Shown here: positions 55,487 to 64,000 of the stretch, piece by piece
Layout: each line of letters opens with the position of its first letter
Numbering within the stretch: the stretch's first letter is position 1
IMG/VR virus record: IMGVR_UViG_3300032046_000008
Coordinates: 1-64,000 of that record
Origin: a virus
DNA: 64,000 nt
Direction: 5' to 3' (one strand)
Position numbers and translations under genes: made by a program
Notes under the pieces: generated by a model
Database searches by the model: none
What the model saw: the letters and a program-made list of their open reading frames with translations, nothing else
Told to the model about the DNA's origin: nothing

Positions 55487-58400
55487 TAGCCTATCCCCGA
55501 ACTAAGAGCTGCACCGCTCTTGAAACTCTGAGTCCTTGCGCGATCAAGAGCATTATCAACTTCAGAATGGACTGCGCTCTTAATCGCTATCCAGTCCATA
55601 CCCTGGATAGCAACTGAGATGGGAAGCGACCATTGATTGGACGGGACAATGCGTTCTCCACCATGAACCATTGCCATAACTGGTCGCCCAACAGGACCAG
55701 GAACAACACCTCCAAATTGGTACCCAGGCGTGTAGATCCATTGACCATTAACAAATGACCAACCAGATCCTGTAGGACCAGTTGGTGCTGCGCTAGCAGG
55801 AACATTCGTAGCAGGTGCCGCTACTCCTGGCAGGCCTATGATAGCCTGAACTTGTTGGATATTACCAAGAGCAATTATCATCTGGGCATACTGCGCAATG
55901 ATATTCTGATTAACTCCGAACCATGCAAGAGCCCCGCTGATAATATCACTCTGTTGGGTTGTGAGCCCAGGTAATGCTTGAATGATACGATTGACAGTGT
56001 CTTCAACTTGTAGATCAGTCAGAAGATTCTGATTAGCTAGAGTGGCCTCTGCGCGCCTGATGTCGTTTAGGAGCCGTCGTTGCTCCCCTTGCCGCTGTAA
56101 CACATCTAATTGTGCATTGATTGCGTCAAGTTCTCGTTCTGCCGGACCCTTGCCCTTCTCTTCGCCTGTTATTTGCTTCTTTAGCTTTTCCTCGAGCAGA
56201 GTGTTGCCCTTGCCTTGAATCTGATTCAGACGATCTTGTAGGTCTGATATCCGCTTCTCGCGTGCTAGTTTCTCTTCTTCTGCCTGTGCTTCCAGATCTA
56301 GCGCTCTCAATTTGAGTCTGGCCATCTCCAGATCTTCTTGCGCACTCTCAACAGTAGGAAGGCCCAGAAGTCTGTCGAGAGCTGAGGTATAGACATCAAC
56401 AGAACTGGCAAGGTTAGTGAATAGATCGTTCAAGGCTTGCAGAGGCTCGGCAACAGCTTCTGTTGCCTCGGCAGCACTTCCTGCCGCATCCGATGCTTGA
56501 CTACCAAAGTTAACATACTGCCGAGTCAGTTTGTCTACATCGATACCTGCCTTTGCGGTCTCTAACGAGATCTGGCCAACCGCTTGTGCTATCTTCTCGA
56601 ATATCGGCCCGAAGAATGGAAGCTTTAAGAATTCTGGTGGCAGATTAAGTTTGGTGATCCCTAATGCGATGGGAATAGCGATGTGCAATCTCATCACATA
56701 ATCAACAAAAGTCAAAACTTTCTGGACAGAAAGCGCATCGAGTTGAGGCAAGATCTCAACGACCGTTTCTTCGGGCAGCAGTTTGAATAACTCTAATACC
56801 TTCTGAAATTCAGTTTGTGCCGTTGGGCCGAATGCTTGCAAAAATCGTGCACCAAGAATCTGGAGTTCGAGCTGAACATCTTCAGCCCGCGCAGCTATGA
56901 AACCCAAGCGGGCATTGTATTCATCTAATTCCCTCTGACGTTCTGGAGGAAGAACACCGCCAAATGAATCTGCCAAAGCTTCAAGATCATTCACCTTGCG
57001 CTTTAGTTCGAGTTCTTCTAGACTATTCTGGAAATTCGGAAGGACAAGATCACTAAGTTGTTTGACAACATCATCAACGCCGACTATTTGTTCCGCTACC
57101 TCTTTCGCAGATTTACCAACTTCCGCCAAGCCTTCGGCTGTTATCTCAAGTGGACGTATCAGTTTGACAAAGTCCGTTCTCAATGCTTCCACATCAGGAT
57201 GTAGTGCTCTTAATCTCTTCTCTTCTTCCTCTAACACAGCATTAAGAGCTTTGGCTGCTTGTGGATATTTCTTTGTAATGTCGTATAATTCCCAAAATGA
57301 AGCTGGAGGACCCAATTTAGAATATTGTTCAATCAGTTTTTCAAGCTCATCTCGATGCTGCCCAGCAGCACTTGTGCCTTGAACATAAAGCCAGATTGCT
57401 TCTCGGAGTCCAGTCTTCTCTTTTTCTTGCGCTACCATCAATGCAAGAAGAGCCTCAGTAGTTCTTTGTATTCCAAGCCTACGCGCTTCCTGATCCGACA
57501 TACCTTCTGCTATAGCCTGATTCACAAACTCTAATGCATCACCGTATTCTCTCTGTATCTTCGCTGCAATCTGTGCTTCTCTTGCTGCGCCCGTGAGCCA
57601 GGCAATAAGCCCACTGCCTGTTAGTTTTGAGACTACTTGGTCTGCTAGGATAATGGTTCCTGTGAAAAGAATCAATTGACCTTGGAGCGTCCCGAAAGCA
57701 ATCCCTAGCAAAGTGGTACTTGTGGCAAGAAGACCTTCAGAAGCAACTGCTGCGCCCAACCAAGTCACAAGATTCATGAGCATCCCAATGAATGCTGCAA
57801 TTTGAACGGCTACAATAGCTGCTCCTATCGCCAAAAAGCCAAGCGCAACCGCAGGCAAAGAGCCAGCAAGCGGAGTGACAATTCCAGCAGCCTTAGATGC
57901 CAAACTGAGAAAGAGACCAAAGGCACCCGCCATTTTCGCACCCGCTGCAACGACAGTTGCCTGATTCTTGTCTATCGCCTCAATGACCGCACCCAGACCT
58001 GCCTTGTATTTCGAGACAAAGGGCATTGCAAGGGCTGCTAGCATTAAATTGAAATTGTCACCTAAGGTAGATTGCAGGCCGCCAATAGTCGTGGATTGTT
58101 TCACCATCAAGCCACTAAAGCGTCCTAGCTCTGTAGATAATGCAGCGAACACCTCATCCGCACTGGCTCCTTCCTTCGCCATTTCCTCCATTTGATTTCT
58201 GGCAGTTCCAGACATAAGACCCAATTCCTGGAGACGCATGGCCGACTCTCCAAAAGGTCTGCCAGACTGGATGGCGCTGTACGCACGGCCAACCCAGAAA
58301 GCAATCTCCTCGATGCCAACACTTACGCCTGCCGCTGCATCACCGACCATCGTTAGGTTCTTCATCGAATACAAACCAAAGGTCTCAAGAAGACGAGCAG

Positions 58401-58737
58401 CCTTTGAAATGCCTGGAAGTGTGAATGGTGTTTCGGCAGCAAATTTCGCCAGTTCGGCGATGCGTGCCTGGGCCTTGTCAGCAGAGCCGAGCAGAGTCTC
58501 GAAACCCAGTTTCATCTGTTCCATCTGATCGGCTGTACGGAGACCCTGCATACCAAACTTCATCGCAGATGCACCAACAGCAGCAATACTAACAGCAGCC
58601 GCTGCTCCAGCAACCTTGAGTTTGGTGCTAAGGCCTGTAGCCACCTGCGAAGTGGCCTGATTCATCTGGTCCATGCCACGCATGTATTGAGGCAATCCCT
58701 CGATGGTGGCAGCTACTCCGATCTTCTCATACGCCAT
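55486..58737 (-). CDS. Tape measure protein
   Basis: F.TLLGS...A......L..FA..TPF, VGDAAAG, LQE.G, hydrophobic middle and GG.VPG..G....A..HGGE.I.P. Confidence 0.92.
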   Translation of the reverse strand: MAYEKIGVAATIEGLPQYMRGMDQMNQATSQVATGLSTKLKVAGAAAAVSIAAVGASAMKFGMQGLRTADQMEQMKLGFETLLGSADKAQARIAELAKFAAETPFTLPGISKAARLLETFGLYSMKNLTMVGDAAAGVSVGIEEIAFWVGRAYSAIQSGRPFGESAMRLQELGLMSGTARNQMEEMAKEGASADEVFAALSTELGRFSGLMVKQSTTIGGLQSTLGDNFNLMLAALAMPFVSKYKAGLGAVIEAIDKNQATVVAAGAKMAGAFGLFLSLASKAAGIVTPLAGSLPAVALGFLAIGAAIVAVQIAAFIGMLMNLVTWLGAAVASEGLLATSTTLLGIAFGTLQGQLILFTGTIILADQVVSKLTGSGLIAWLTGAAREAQIAAKIQREYGDALEFVNQAIAEGMSDQEARRLGIQRTTEALLALMVAQEKEKTGLREAIWLYVQGTSAAGQHRDELEKLIEQYSKLGPPASFWELYDITKKYPQAAKALNAVLEEEEKRLRALHPDVEALRTDFVKLIRPLEITAEGLAEVGKSAKEVAEQIVGVDDVVKQLSDLVLPNFQNSLEELELKRKVNDLEALADSFGGVLPPERQRELDEYNARLGFIAARAEDVQLELQILGARFLQAFGPTAQTEFQKVLELFKLLPEETVVEILPQLDALSVQKVLTFVDYVMRLHIAIPIALGITKLNLPPEFLKLPFFGPIFEKIAQAVGQISLETAKAGIDVDKLTRQYVNFGSQASDAAGSAAEATEAVAEPLQALNDLFTNLASSVDVYTSALDRLLGLPTVESAQEDLEMARLKLRALDLEAQAEEEKLAREKRISDLQDRLNQIQGKGNTLLEEKLKKQITGEEKGKGPAERELDAINAQLDVLQRQGEQRRLLNDIRRAEATLANQNLLTDLQVEDTVNRIIQALPGLTTQQSDIISGALAWFGVNQNIIAQYAQMIIALGNIQQVQAIIGLPGVAAPATNVPASAAPTGPTGSGWSFVNGQWIYTPGYQFGGVVPGPVGRPVMAMVHGGERIVPSNQWSLPISVAIQGMDWIAIKSAVHSEVDNALDRARTQSFKSGAALSSGIG

Positions 58738-58782
58738 TATTTTGTACCTTGCGGAAGGTGATTTTCGTCATTTGAGGCAGAC

Positions 58783-58841
58783 AAACTAGTCGGGGCTAAT
58801 GAATCGGGCGGGCCTTTTATTTTAGGCCCTGCGATCCACGT
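58783..58841. repeat. Intergenic 59-bp element, copy B
   Basis: Matches the reverse complement of 4367..4425; contains hairpin GGGCCT-TTTATTTT-AGGCCC. Confidence 0.65.
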
Positions 58842-58888
58842 AAAATCGGGCGAGACAGCCGTTCTGAAGCCGTTCCCGCGCGACATTT

Positions 58889-59182
58889 TTAGTTCCTCTT
58901 GGCCTTAGGCATTTTGCTATCTATATGCTTCTGGATCGCATCTTCCTGATGTAATTCAACAAGGCGATGTACACGATGATGAGCTATTCCAAATATCCTA
59001 TCTTGCTTCGGCAACTGCTGCCATTGTGTCCAGTTATAGTTATTGAACCTTGCGGCCTCTCTTTCTTCGTATAGGGGGATTAGCCCTAGGTACGATGGCC
59101 CCAGCGTCAGGCCGGTTTGAATCGCTTTGCTTAGATAGGCGCTTGTTATCGGCTCGCCGTTCCGCTCTATTCCGAAAGGCAT
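58889..59182 (-). CDS. Tail assembly chaperone, frameshift extension (gpT-like)
   Basis: Overlaps the upstream chaperone in the +1 frame, directly before tape measure; W..W..LP..DR motif. Confidence 0.65.
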   Translation of the reverse strand: MPFGIERNGEPITSAYLSKAIQTGLTLGPSYLGLIPLYEEREAARFNNYNWTQWQQLPKQDRIFGIAHHRVHRLVELHQEDAIQKHIDSKMPKAKRN

Positions 59183-59705
59183 CCACCGCGAGGGCCACCT
59201 CTTCCTCAGTCGCGCCAGAACGTCGCAAAGAACTGAAGACCAGTGTCTGATCTGTCATGGATCGCATGGCATAGCACCAGATCCACTTCAGATAACGAGC
59301 TCTAGGATTCTCAGTGTCGAATTCAATGCCGAGGAAGTTTAGATCCTCGACCCAACCATCATCCTCTGGTCGTTGAAGATCCTCCGGAACATCCACTAAC
59401 TGCGTGCCCAGGAGAAGCATCACATTGATGGCTGCGAGTGCAGTCGCCTTTGTGTACTCCTCTAGGGCGCGCAGATAATTTGGATCGTTTGGGTTCTCTT
59501 CCTCTCGTCCTTTCTCTTCTATAAGGATACGAGGAGGACTAGGTTGCTCGATCCGCGCTATAGCTTGCTCGATAGCTCCTGGTGGCGCACCGAGCAACCT
59601 TAATCTTATACCAGAGGAGAGAGTGACAATCTCTTCTAGCACATCTTCCTTGGCCGCTGCATCGAACGCTTGCCTTTCGGTGCGCTCTGATGTTTCCTCC
59701 ATCAT
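59040..59705 (-). CDS. Tail assembly chaperone (gpG-like)
   Basis: Between tail tube-like gene and tape measure; NP.DP.Y..AL motif. Confidence 0.7.
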   Translation of the reverse strand: MMEETSERTERQAFDAAAKEDVLEEIVTLSSGIRLRLLGAPPGAIEQAIARIEQPSPPRILIEEKGREEENPNDPNYLRALEEYTKATALAAINVMLLLGTQLVDVPEDLQRPEDDGWVEDLNFLGIEFDTENPRARYLKWIWCYAMRSMTDQTLVFSSLRRSGATEEEVALAVDAFRNRAERRADNKRLSKQSDSNRPDAGAIVPRANPPIRRKRGRKVQ

Positions 59706-59722
59706 TTAAGCCCCTCCTAGCT

Positions 59723-61189
59723 TTAAGCAGCCTTTACCAAGAACCCATCAATTGCACCAACCGCAAGACCACCACCGAGGATAAAGTTAGGATCCTCGCC
59801 ACAAGTCGCCAGACTATTGATCTTGTTATTGGCGGGGAAACTTACAGGATCTTCTGGCAACACGTACCACGAGTTACCGCCATCAATGGTGCGCAGAATG
59901 ACAGCATTGTGCGCCATGTAACCGACAGTTGGTGTAGAGAAAGAGATATCGTGCACTTCGCTTGTGCCAGAACTAGTGAATGTCTTTTCTACCCAGGTCA
60001 CTCCTGCATCACGAGTATAATAGAGTCTGCCATTGGCAGTTCCCACGAACCATTCATTCTCGCCCTTCATCCAGCAACAATTGAGAGCGATACCAACATT
60101 AGCAGGGGGACCTGTTATCCCCTGCCAAGTGCTACCTCCATTGCGCGTGTAGATTACAACGTTAGCGGCACCTACAGCCAACAAGTTTAGTTCATCGTAG
60201 CCATGAATGTCATTTAGGTTCGTGACAACTCCAGAACTCTGCGCAACAGGCGCAGCAGTAATGTCATCTGTGAAATAGACAACGCCGCCATCCCCAACAA
60301 TCCAAGTGAAAGCCGAGCCCAGACTAAATATCGCATTAGGAGCCCCTACGATCACGATTTCAATCCAGGTCTCTGAATCATCTAGAATGTCGGCAATGGG
60401 GGCATAATGTATTGACTTATCAGCATTCGAGATAACCACCAGATAGGTACCAACGCAAGTCATGTCGCTAGGATTTACGTTTACAGGAAGAGAGCCGATG
60501 GTGCTTATCCCGATTGTCGCGCCCTGGTCTGGACTATAGACTATTTTTGCAGGAAGCCCAGGAGAACCTGGGTACACCAGAGTTACAGCAAATATTTTCT
60601 GACAGCCATCGGATGGCAAACCGCATTCACCACACTGCCTGCTATCACAGATAGAGACGGCAATTACTTCACCAACAACTTCTGTACCTGCAAATTCCGC
60701 CACTAGCAATCTCTTCAATTCATAGGCATCGCGTCCTGTGAAGGGAACATCCTCATTAATCACGGCATCCTCGCCCGAGTCAAGAGCGCCGAGTTCAGAG
60801 ACGCCATAATCAGTAGGATATGCTCCCTCTATTACCAAGATCTTGTCCCAGCCATGATTGAAGTCTCTGGGATCCTGACATTTGCCCATATGAATCTGGA
60901 GGTCCAGAGGGCACCGCTTGCGTACCAAGCGCAGCAAATCAGACATATCTCGCGAGTAACGAGTCTGTATTGGTAGGCTAGGCAAACCCTGAGCTCCTCG
61001 GACTTCATCGATGACTAAGAACTGACCATACTGATCAGGATCGGGAATTCTAATGGGCGTGATGTCACCCTGCGGCCAGGCAAATGCCATCGCTCTGGAA
61101 AGCCCCATATAGAGTGGCGCATTGGCTGGTCCTGCACGGTCTTCAATTACAAAGACTCGGCTATAAGGAGTACGCTGTGGACTAGGCAT
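59723..61189 (-). CDS. Major tail (tube)-like protein with C-terminal YCF48/BNR propeller
   Basis: Synteny; T.NGG.TW, T.DAG.TW and T.DGG.SW repeats; GGAGG RBS. Confidence 0.6.
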   Translation of the reverse strand: MPSPQRTPYSRVFVIEDRAGPANAPLYMGLSRAMAFAWPQGDITPIRIPDPDQYGQFLVIDEVRGAQGLPSLPIQTRYSRDMSDLLRLVRKRCPLDLQIHMGKCQDPRDFNHGWDKILVIEGAYPTDYGVSELGALDSGEDAVINEDVPFTGRDAYELKRLLVAEFAGTEVVGEVIAVSICDSRQCGECGLPSDGCQKIFAVTLVYPGSPGLPAKIVYSPDQGATIGISTIGSLPVNVNPSDMTCVGTYLVVISNADKSIHYAPIADILDDSETWIEIVIVGAPNAIFSLGSAFTWIVGDGGVVYFTDDITAAPVAQSSGVVTNLNDIHGYDELNLLAVGAANVVIYTRNGGSTWQGITGPPANVGIALNCCWMKGENEWFVGTANGRLYYTRDAGVTWVEKTFTSSGTSEVHDISFSTPTVGYMAHNAVILRTIDGGNSWYVLPEDPVSFPANNKINSLATCGEDPNFILGGGLAVGAIDGFLVKAA

Positions 61190-61484
61190 GGATTACCTCC
61201 CTTTCTGGGTACAAATCGACTATCTTCTGGACATCTAGTCGCAGTACAGCCTGTATTGCTGTAACTATATCATGTCTTCTTTGTTTCACATCTCTCGACC
61301 TCCACAATTTCCGTGCATAAAGTTCATTATGCAATTTGACTTCTAATTCTAGTGGCAAACCTAACGATTCTAGAGAAGGTGGCCCAATAGGAATACCCAT
61401 GGCGGCATCTTTATCGGATGCTTCATCTGGTAGCCAAACCTGAAATTTACGTCCTTTCTTGTCTGTGTAAGTAGCCTCGCGCAT
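61182..61484 (-). CDS. Hypothetical morphogenesis-region protein
   Basis: TAATG coupling; start at MREATY inferred. Confidence 0.6.
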   Translation of the reverse strand: MREATYTDKKGRKFQVWLPDEASDKDAAMGIPIGPPSLESLGLPLELEVKLHNELYARKLWRSRDVKQRRHDIVTAIQAVLRLDVQKIVDLYPEREVIHA

Positions 61485-62719
61485 TAGACCGAATCTCCTA
61501 GAGCTTCTCTCTGAACTTGCTTCCATGCCTGTATTGCTCCCCTTCTTGTGCCAAAAGGATTACTAAGATCCTCAGAACTTAAACTATAACTGGCCAACTC
61601 TTCAGCGCCAGAAGAGAATGCTAGATCTTGTCTCCATCGCTCAACACGATCATGCGCTGTTTCACAATCGCAGGTAGGCCGTGCTAATTTTGAAGCAGCA
61701 AAAGCTGCCACCGTCTGTTTCCACGAGAGAGACATATCTCTTTCTGAGCAGATCAAATCCTTGTCACGCAGACCAGCCAGATAATAAAGTCGAACAAGGT
61801 CTGGTTGCCGTTCGACTGCCCACCCTACAGAATCGAAGTCCAATGTCGCAGAGTTCCATTCAGCTGGTTGATAAACTACCAGAGAATTCCTTGGATTGCC
61901 TCGCATCATCAGGCAACCGCTCTGAATAGCATAACTACAAGAAGCGCAGCCTGCACCATCGCAGATACTGCATCCTGTCGGCTCCCATAAGAAGGAAACC
62001 TGGGCCTGAGGGTCATTGTAACGACGGTAAACATCAACTGTGGTCAAGAAATTAGCATCATCGGTTCCTTCCACTCCCTGGGCGCTTAGGGACTCAAGAA
62101 GAGCTTCCAAGACACATAATTCGCGCCGGAATGTAATGGTTGCGATACCTCCGGCAATCGTCACGTTGGTTGGCCGTATTTCCCATTCGTCTGCGCCCGC
62201 CTTCCCTGGATAGTAGATAGCAATCTCACAGGGGTCTATCACGGTTGTCGCATGATCCACAGTCCCTGTTTCCTTATAACCAACTGCATCCGGCGCGGAC
62301 CAGGTTATCGCATGAGCGGCAATAATGAGATTCTTGGCCTTCATGCCACCTGTGATGAAATGACCCCAGTTGGCCCTCGCAACTTGCCCATAACCCCTCA
62401 GATCAGTAACAGATAGATTTATAAGTTCAGGACGATAGGGCCGAATTGTGGGTTGCCATTCATCCTTCTCCCAGGAAGGACAGAGACGATAACCAAGCAT
62501 ACCTTCTATCTGGGCCTCGGCCTCAGCAATAGCCATCGCAACTTCTTCCCGACTTACACGGTCTGCTGATTGCCAACTATATTGAAGCCAAGGAGTCTGG
62601 CAAGTAGCAGTAGGAACAATACCTTGGATAAATACACTCTCAAATAAAAGTGGATGAATCCCCATAATTCGAGCCCATTCAGTTAGAGAAAGTTTTGTTA
62701 CATCAGTTGCACGAGCCAT
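61484..62719 (-). CDS. Putative head-tail connector/adaptor protein
   Basis: AI.EAE..I...LGY and V.L.Y.AG motifs; synteny. Confidence 0.55.
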   Translation of the reverse strand: MARATDVTKLSLTEWARIMGIHPLLFESVFIQGIVPTATCQTPWLQYSWQSADRVSREEVAMAIAEAEAQIEGMLGYRLCPSWEKDEWQPTIRPYRPELINLSVTDLRGYGQVARANWGHFITGGMKAKNLIIAAHAITWSAPDAVGYKETGTVDHATTVIDPCEIAIYYPGKAGADEWEIRPTNVTIAGGIATITFRRELCVLEALLESLSAQGVEGTDDANFLTTVDVYRRYNDPQAQVSFLWEPTGCSICDGAGCASCSYAIQSGCLMMRGNPRNSLVVYQPAEWNSATLDFDSVGWAVERQPDLVRLYYLAGLRDKDLICSERDMSLSWKQTVAAFAASKLARPTCDCETAHDRVERWRQDLAFSSGAEELASYSLSSEDLSNPFGTRRGAIQAWKQVQREALGDSV

Positions 62720-63996
62720 TAGTACATCCCCCACAAATTCTTATCGCCTGGTTTCCTCTTGTGGCCGGAAGGCATAGGTACGGGTTTAGGTATGGCGATA
62801 AATCCAGATGACTTCCGCGTTGAGGGCCGTGCCATAAATCCAGATGGCTTTAATGCTGAAGGCCATGTCGCAGGATTTAATAGTTCGAACACCGAGACAT
62901 GGCCTCTCAAGATTAACTTAGGCAGAGCCAGAACAGCCATTGGGCGAGAAACTACAACTGGCAAAAGTATTATCTCAACCTTGGCCTGGGCGATAATGAT
63001 TGGCATTGGAAGTACCAGAAAAACGGACACAGAAGAAAGCATTATTTCTGTGATGCCGAGTTCAATAGTCAGGGATGATAAGACCAGCGGCACCGTGAGG
63101 GTTAATGGATTGATCCCGGCAATTCCTATCGCGTTAACAGTCGATATGGGAAGAGCCAATGATAACGCCACAGGCGCGAATGTCATTTCTATAAGACCCA
63201 AGATCAAGAGTTCGATTGTGGGCTCAGGCAAGACAAAGAGAATTATTATTGAAGATGGTATTACCTCGACCAGTCCTACACCGCTGGCTGAAGGGGCGAG
63301 GATCACCAGATCCAAGGCCGTGGGTGAAGGTATAACCTCGACTATACCCAGACCAATCACAGAAGACACTGGTGTTGCCAGGGGCACAATAATAGGATCA
63401 GGAATTACCTCTATAATGCCAAGTATTCCAAGCACAAGCGGCAGAAGTTCCAAATTCGTCTCTATAGGTGTAGGGATAATCTCAGCAATGCCTGGTAAAC
63501 TAAGAGCAGAAGGTAAGGCCGAGATCCGCACAATTACAGACGAAGGTACGATTTCAAACATGCCCATGCCATTGGTAGCAAGAGTCGGCGTGACAAGAAA
63601 CATCGCTATAGGATCGAATGCGGGCGCGCAAACGCCGATGCCACCGATATTGGGCGCGGGAATGGTAAACGGAATAATCGCAGGTGAAGATGTGATCTCA
63701 GCAAGGCCCATAGCCGCAATAACTGGCGATGGCATTGCTATAGGTATCGCCACAGGAGAGGGACTTATACTCGTTGTACCAAGACTGCCGACCGCAGGTA
63801 CGGCGGCAATGAGAGGCATAGTCACAGAAGATAGAATGGTTTCGATTGGACCTATCGGAGCATCCTCCATAGTGATTGGAGGATTGGGATCGTGATAAGT
63901 GAGGATAGGCTGCCACTGCCAACGCGGGGTATTGTTGCCTATAGCAAGGCCCTGCCTGCAGAGTGTACCAAAGTGCCGAAGAGTATTTAGTCTCAC
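62719..63996 (-). CDS. Pro/Ile-rich repeat virion protein (may begin beyond the window edge)
   Basis: Degenerate ~24-aa repeats (G..E..P.P....L..P.....). Confidence 0.6.
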   Translation of the reverse strand: MRLNTLRHFGTLCRQGLAIGNNTPRWQWQPILTYHDPNPPITMEDAPIGPIETILSSVTMPLIAAVPAVGSLGTTSISPSPVAIPIAMPSPVIAAMGLAEITSSPAIIPFTIPAPNIGGIGVCAPAFDPIAMFLVTPTLATNGMGMFEIVPSSVIVRISALPSALSLPGIAEIIPTPIETNLELLPLVLGILGIIEVIPDPIIVPLATPVSSVIGLGIVEVIPSPTALDLVILAPSASGVGLVEVIPSSIIILFVLPEPTIELLILGLIEMTFAPVALSLALPISTVNAIGIAGINPLTLTVPLVLSSLTIELGITEIMLSSVSVFLVLPMPIIIAQAKVEIILLPVVVSRPMAVLALPKLILRGHVSVFELLNPATWPSALKPSGFMARPSTRKSSGFIAIPKPVPMPSGHKRKPGDKNLWGMY

Positions 63997-64000
63997 AGCG

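Noticed and set aside
62759-63895. 378-aa plus-strand ORF
   Set aside because: Antisense shadow of the Pro/Ile-rich repeat gene; all neighbours are on the minus strand and the minus ORF is coupled to the next gene
1-64000. tRNA genes, integrase, reverse transcriptase/DGR
   Set aside because: No cloverleaf with a T-loop consensus, recombinase motifs or RT motifs recognised by eye; tRNAscan and HMM searches are needed to exclude them fully

Overview
This 64 kb window is a segment of a large tailed (siphovirus-like) dsDNA bacteriophage genome, with essentially every credible gene on the minus strand. In transcription order (right to left) it holds: head-tail and tail morphogenesis genes (tail tube-like protein, a chaperone pair with a likely +1 frameshift, tape measure, a large Asp-box tail protein, collagen-like fibres); a methyltransferase-GT2-TPR glycosyltransferase; lysis genes; csrA; many small early/accessory ORFs and homing endonucleases; a sigma factor; a replication module (SNF2 helicase, DnaB, primase, SSB, DnaE); and recombination genes (RecA, Cas4-like nuclease, UvsY-like protein, resolvase). 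The main result is a full thymidine-hypermodification locus (about 9.2-19.9 kb) wrapped around DnaE. It encodes a dUMP hydroxymethylase-like enzyme, an aGPT-Pplase1/HMUDK-type protein, a P-loop kinase, an amino acid:DNA transferase, a radical SAM enzyme and a PLP enzyme, plus two extra tailoring candidates (a SAM methyltransferase-like and a DUF2156/GNAT-like protein) that suggest an undescribed modified base. Also notable are two paralogous RlpA/DPBB genes, each containing a nested out-of-frame gene with its own strong RBS, a 59-bp intergenic element repeated 54 kb apart, and several candidate structured RNAs. All family assignments come from motif recognition by eye, not from database searches.
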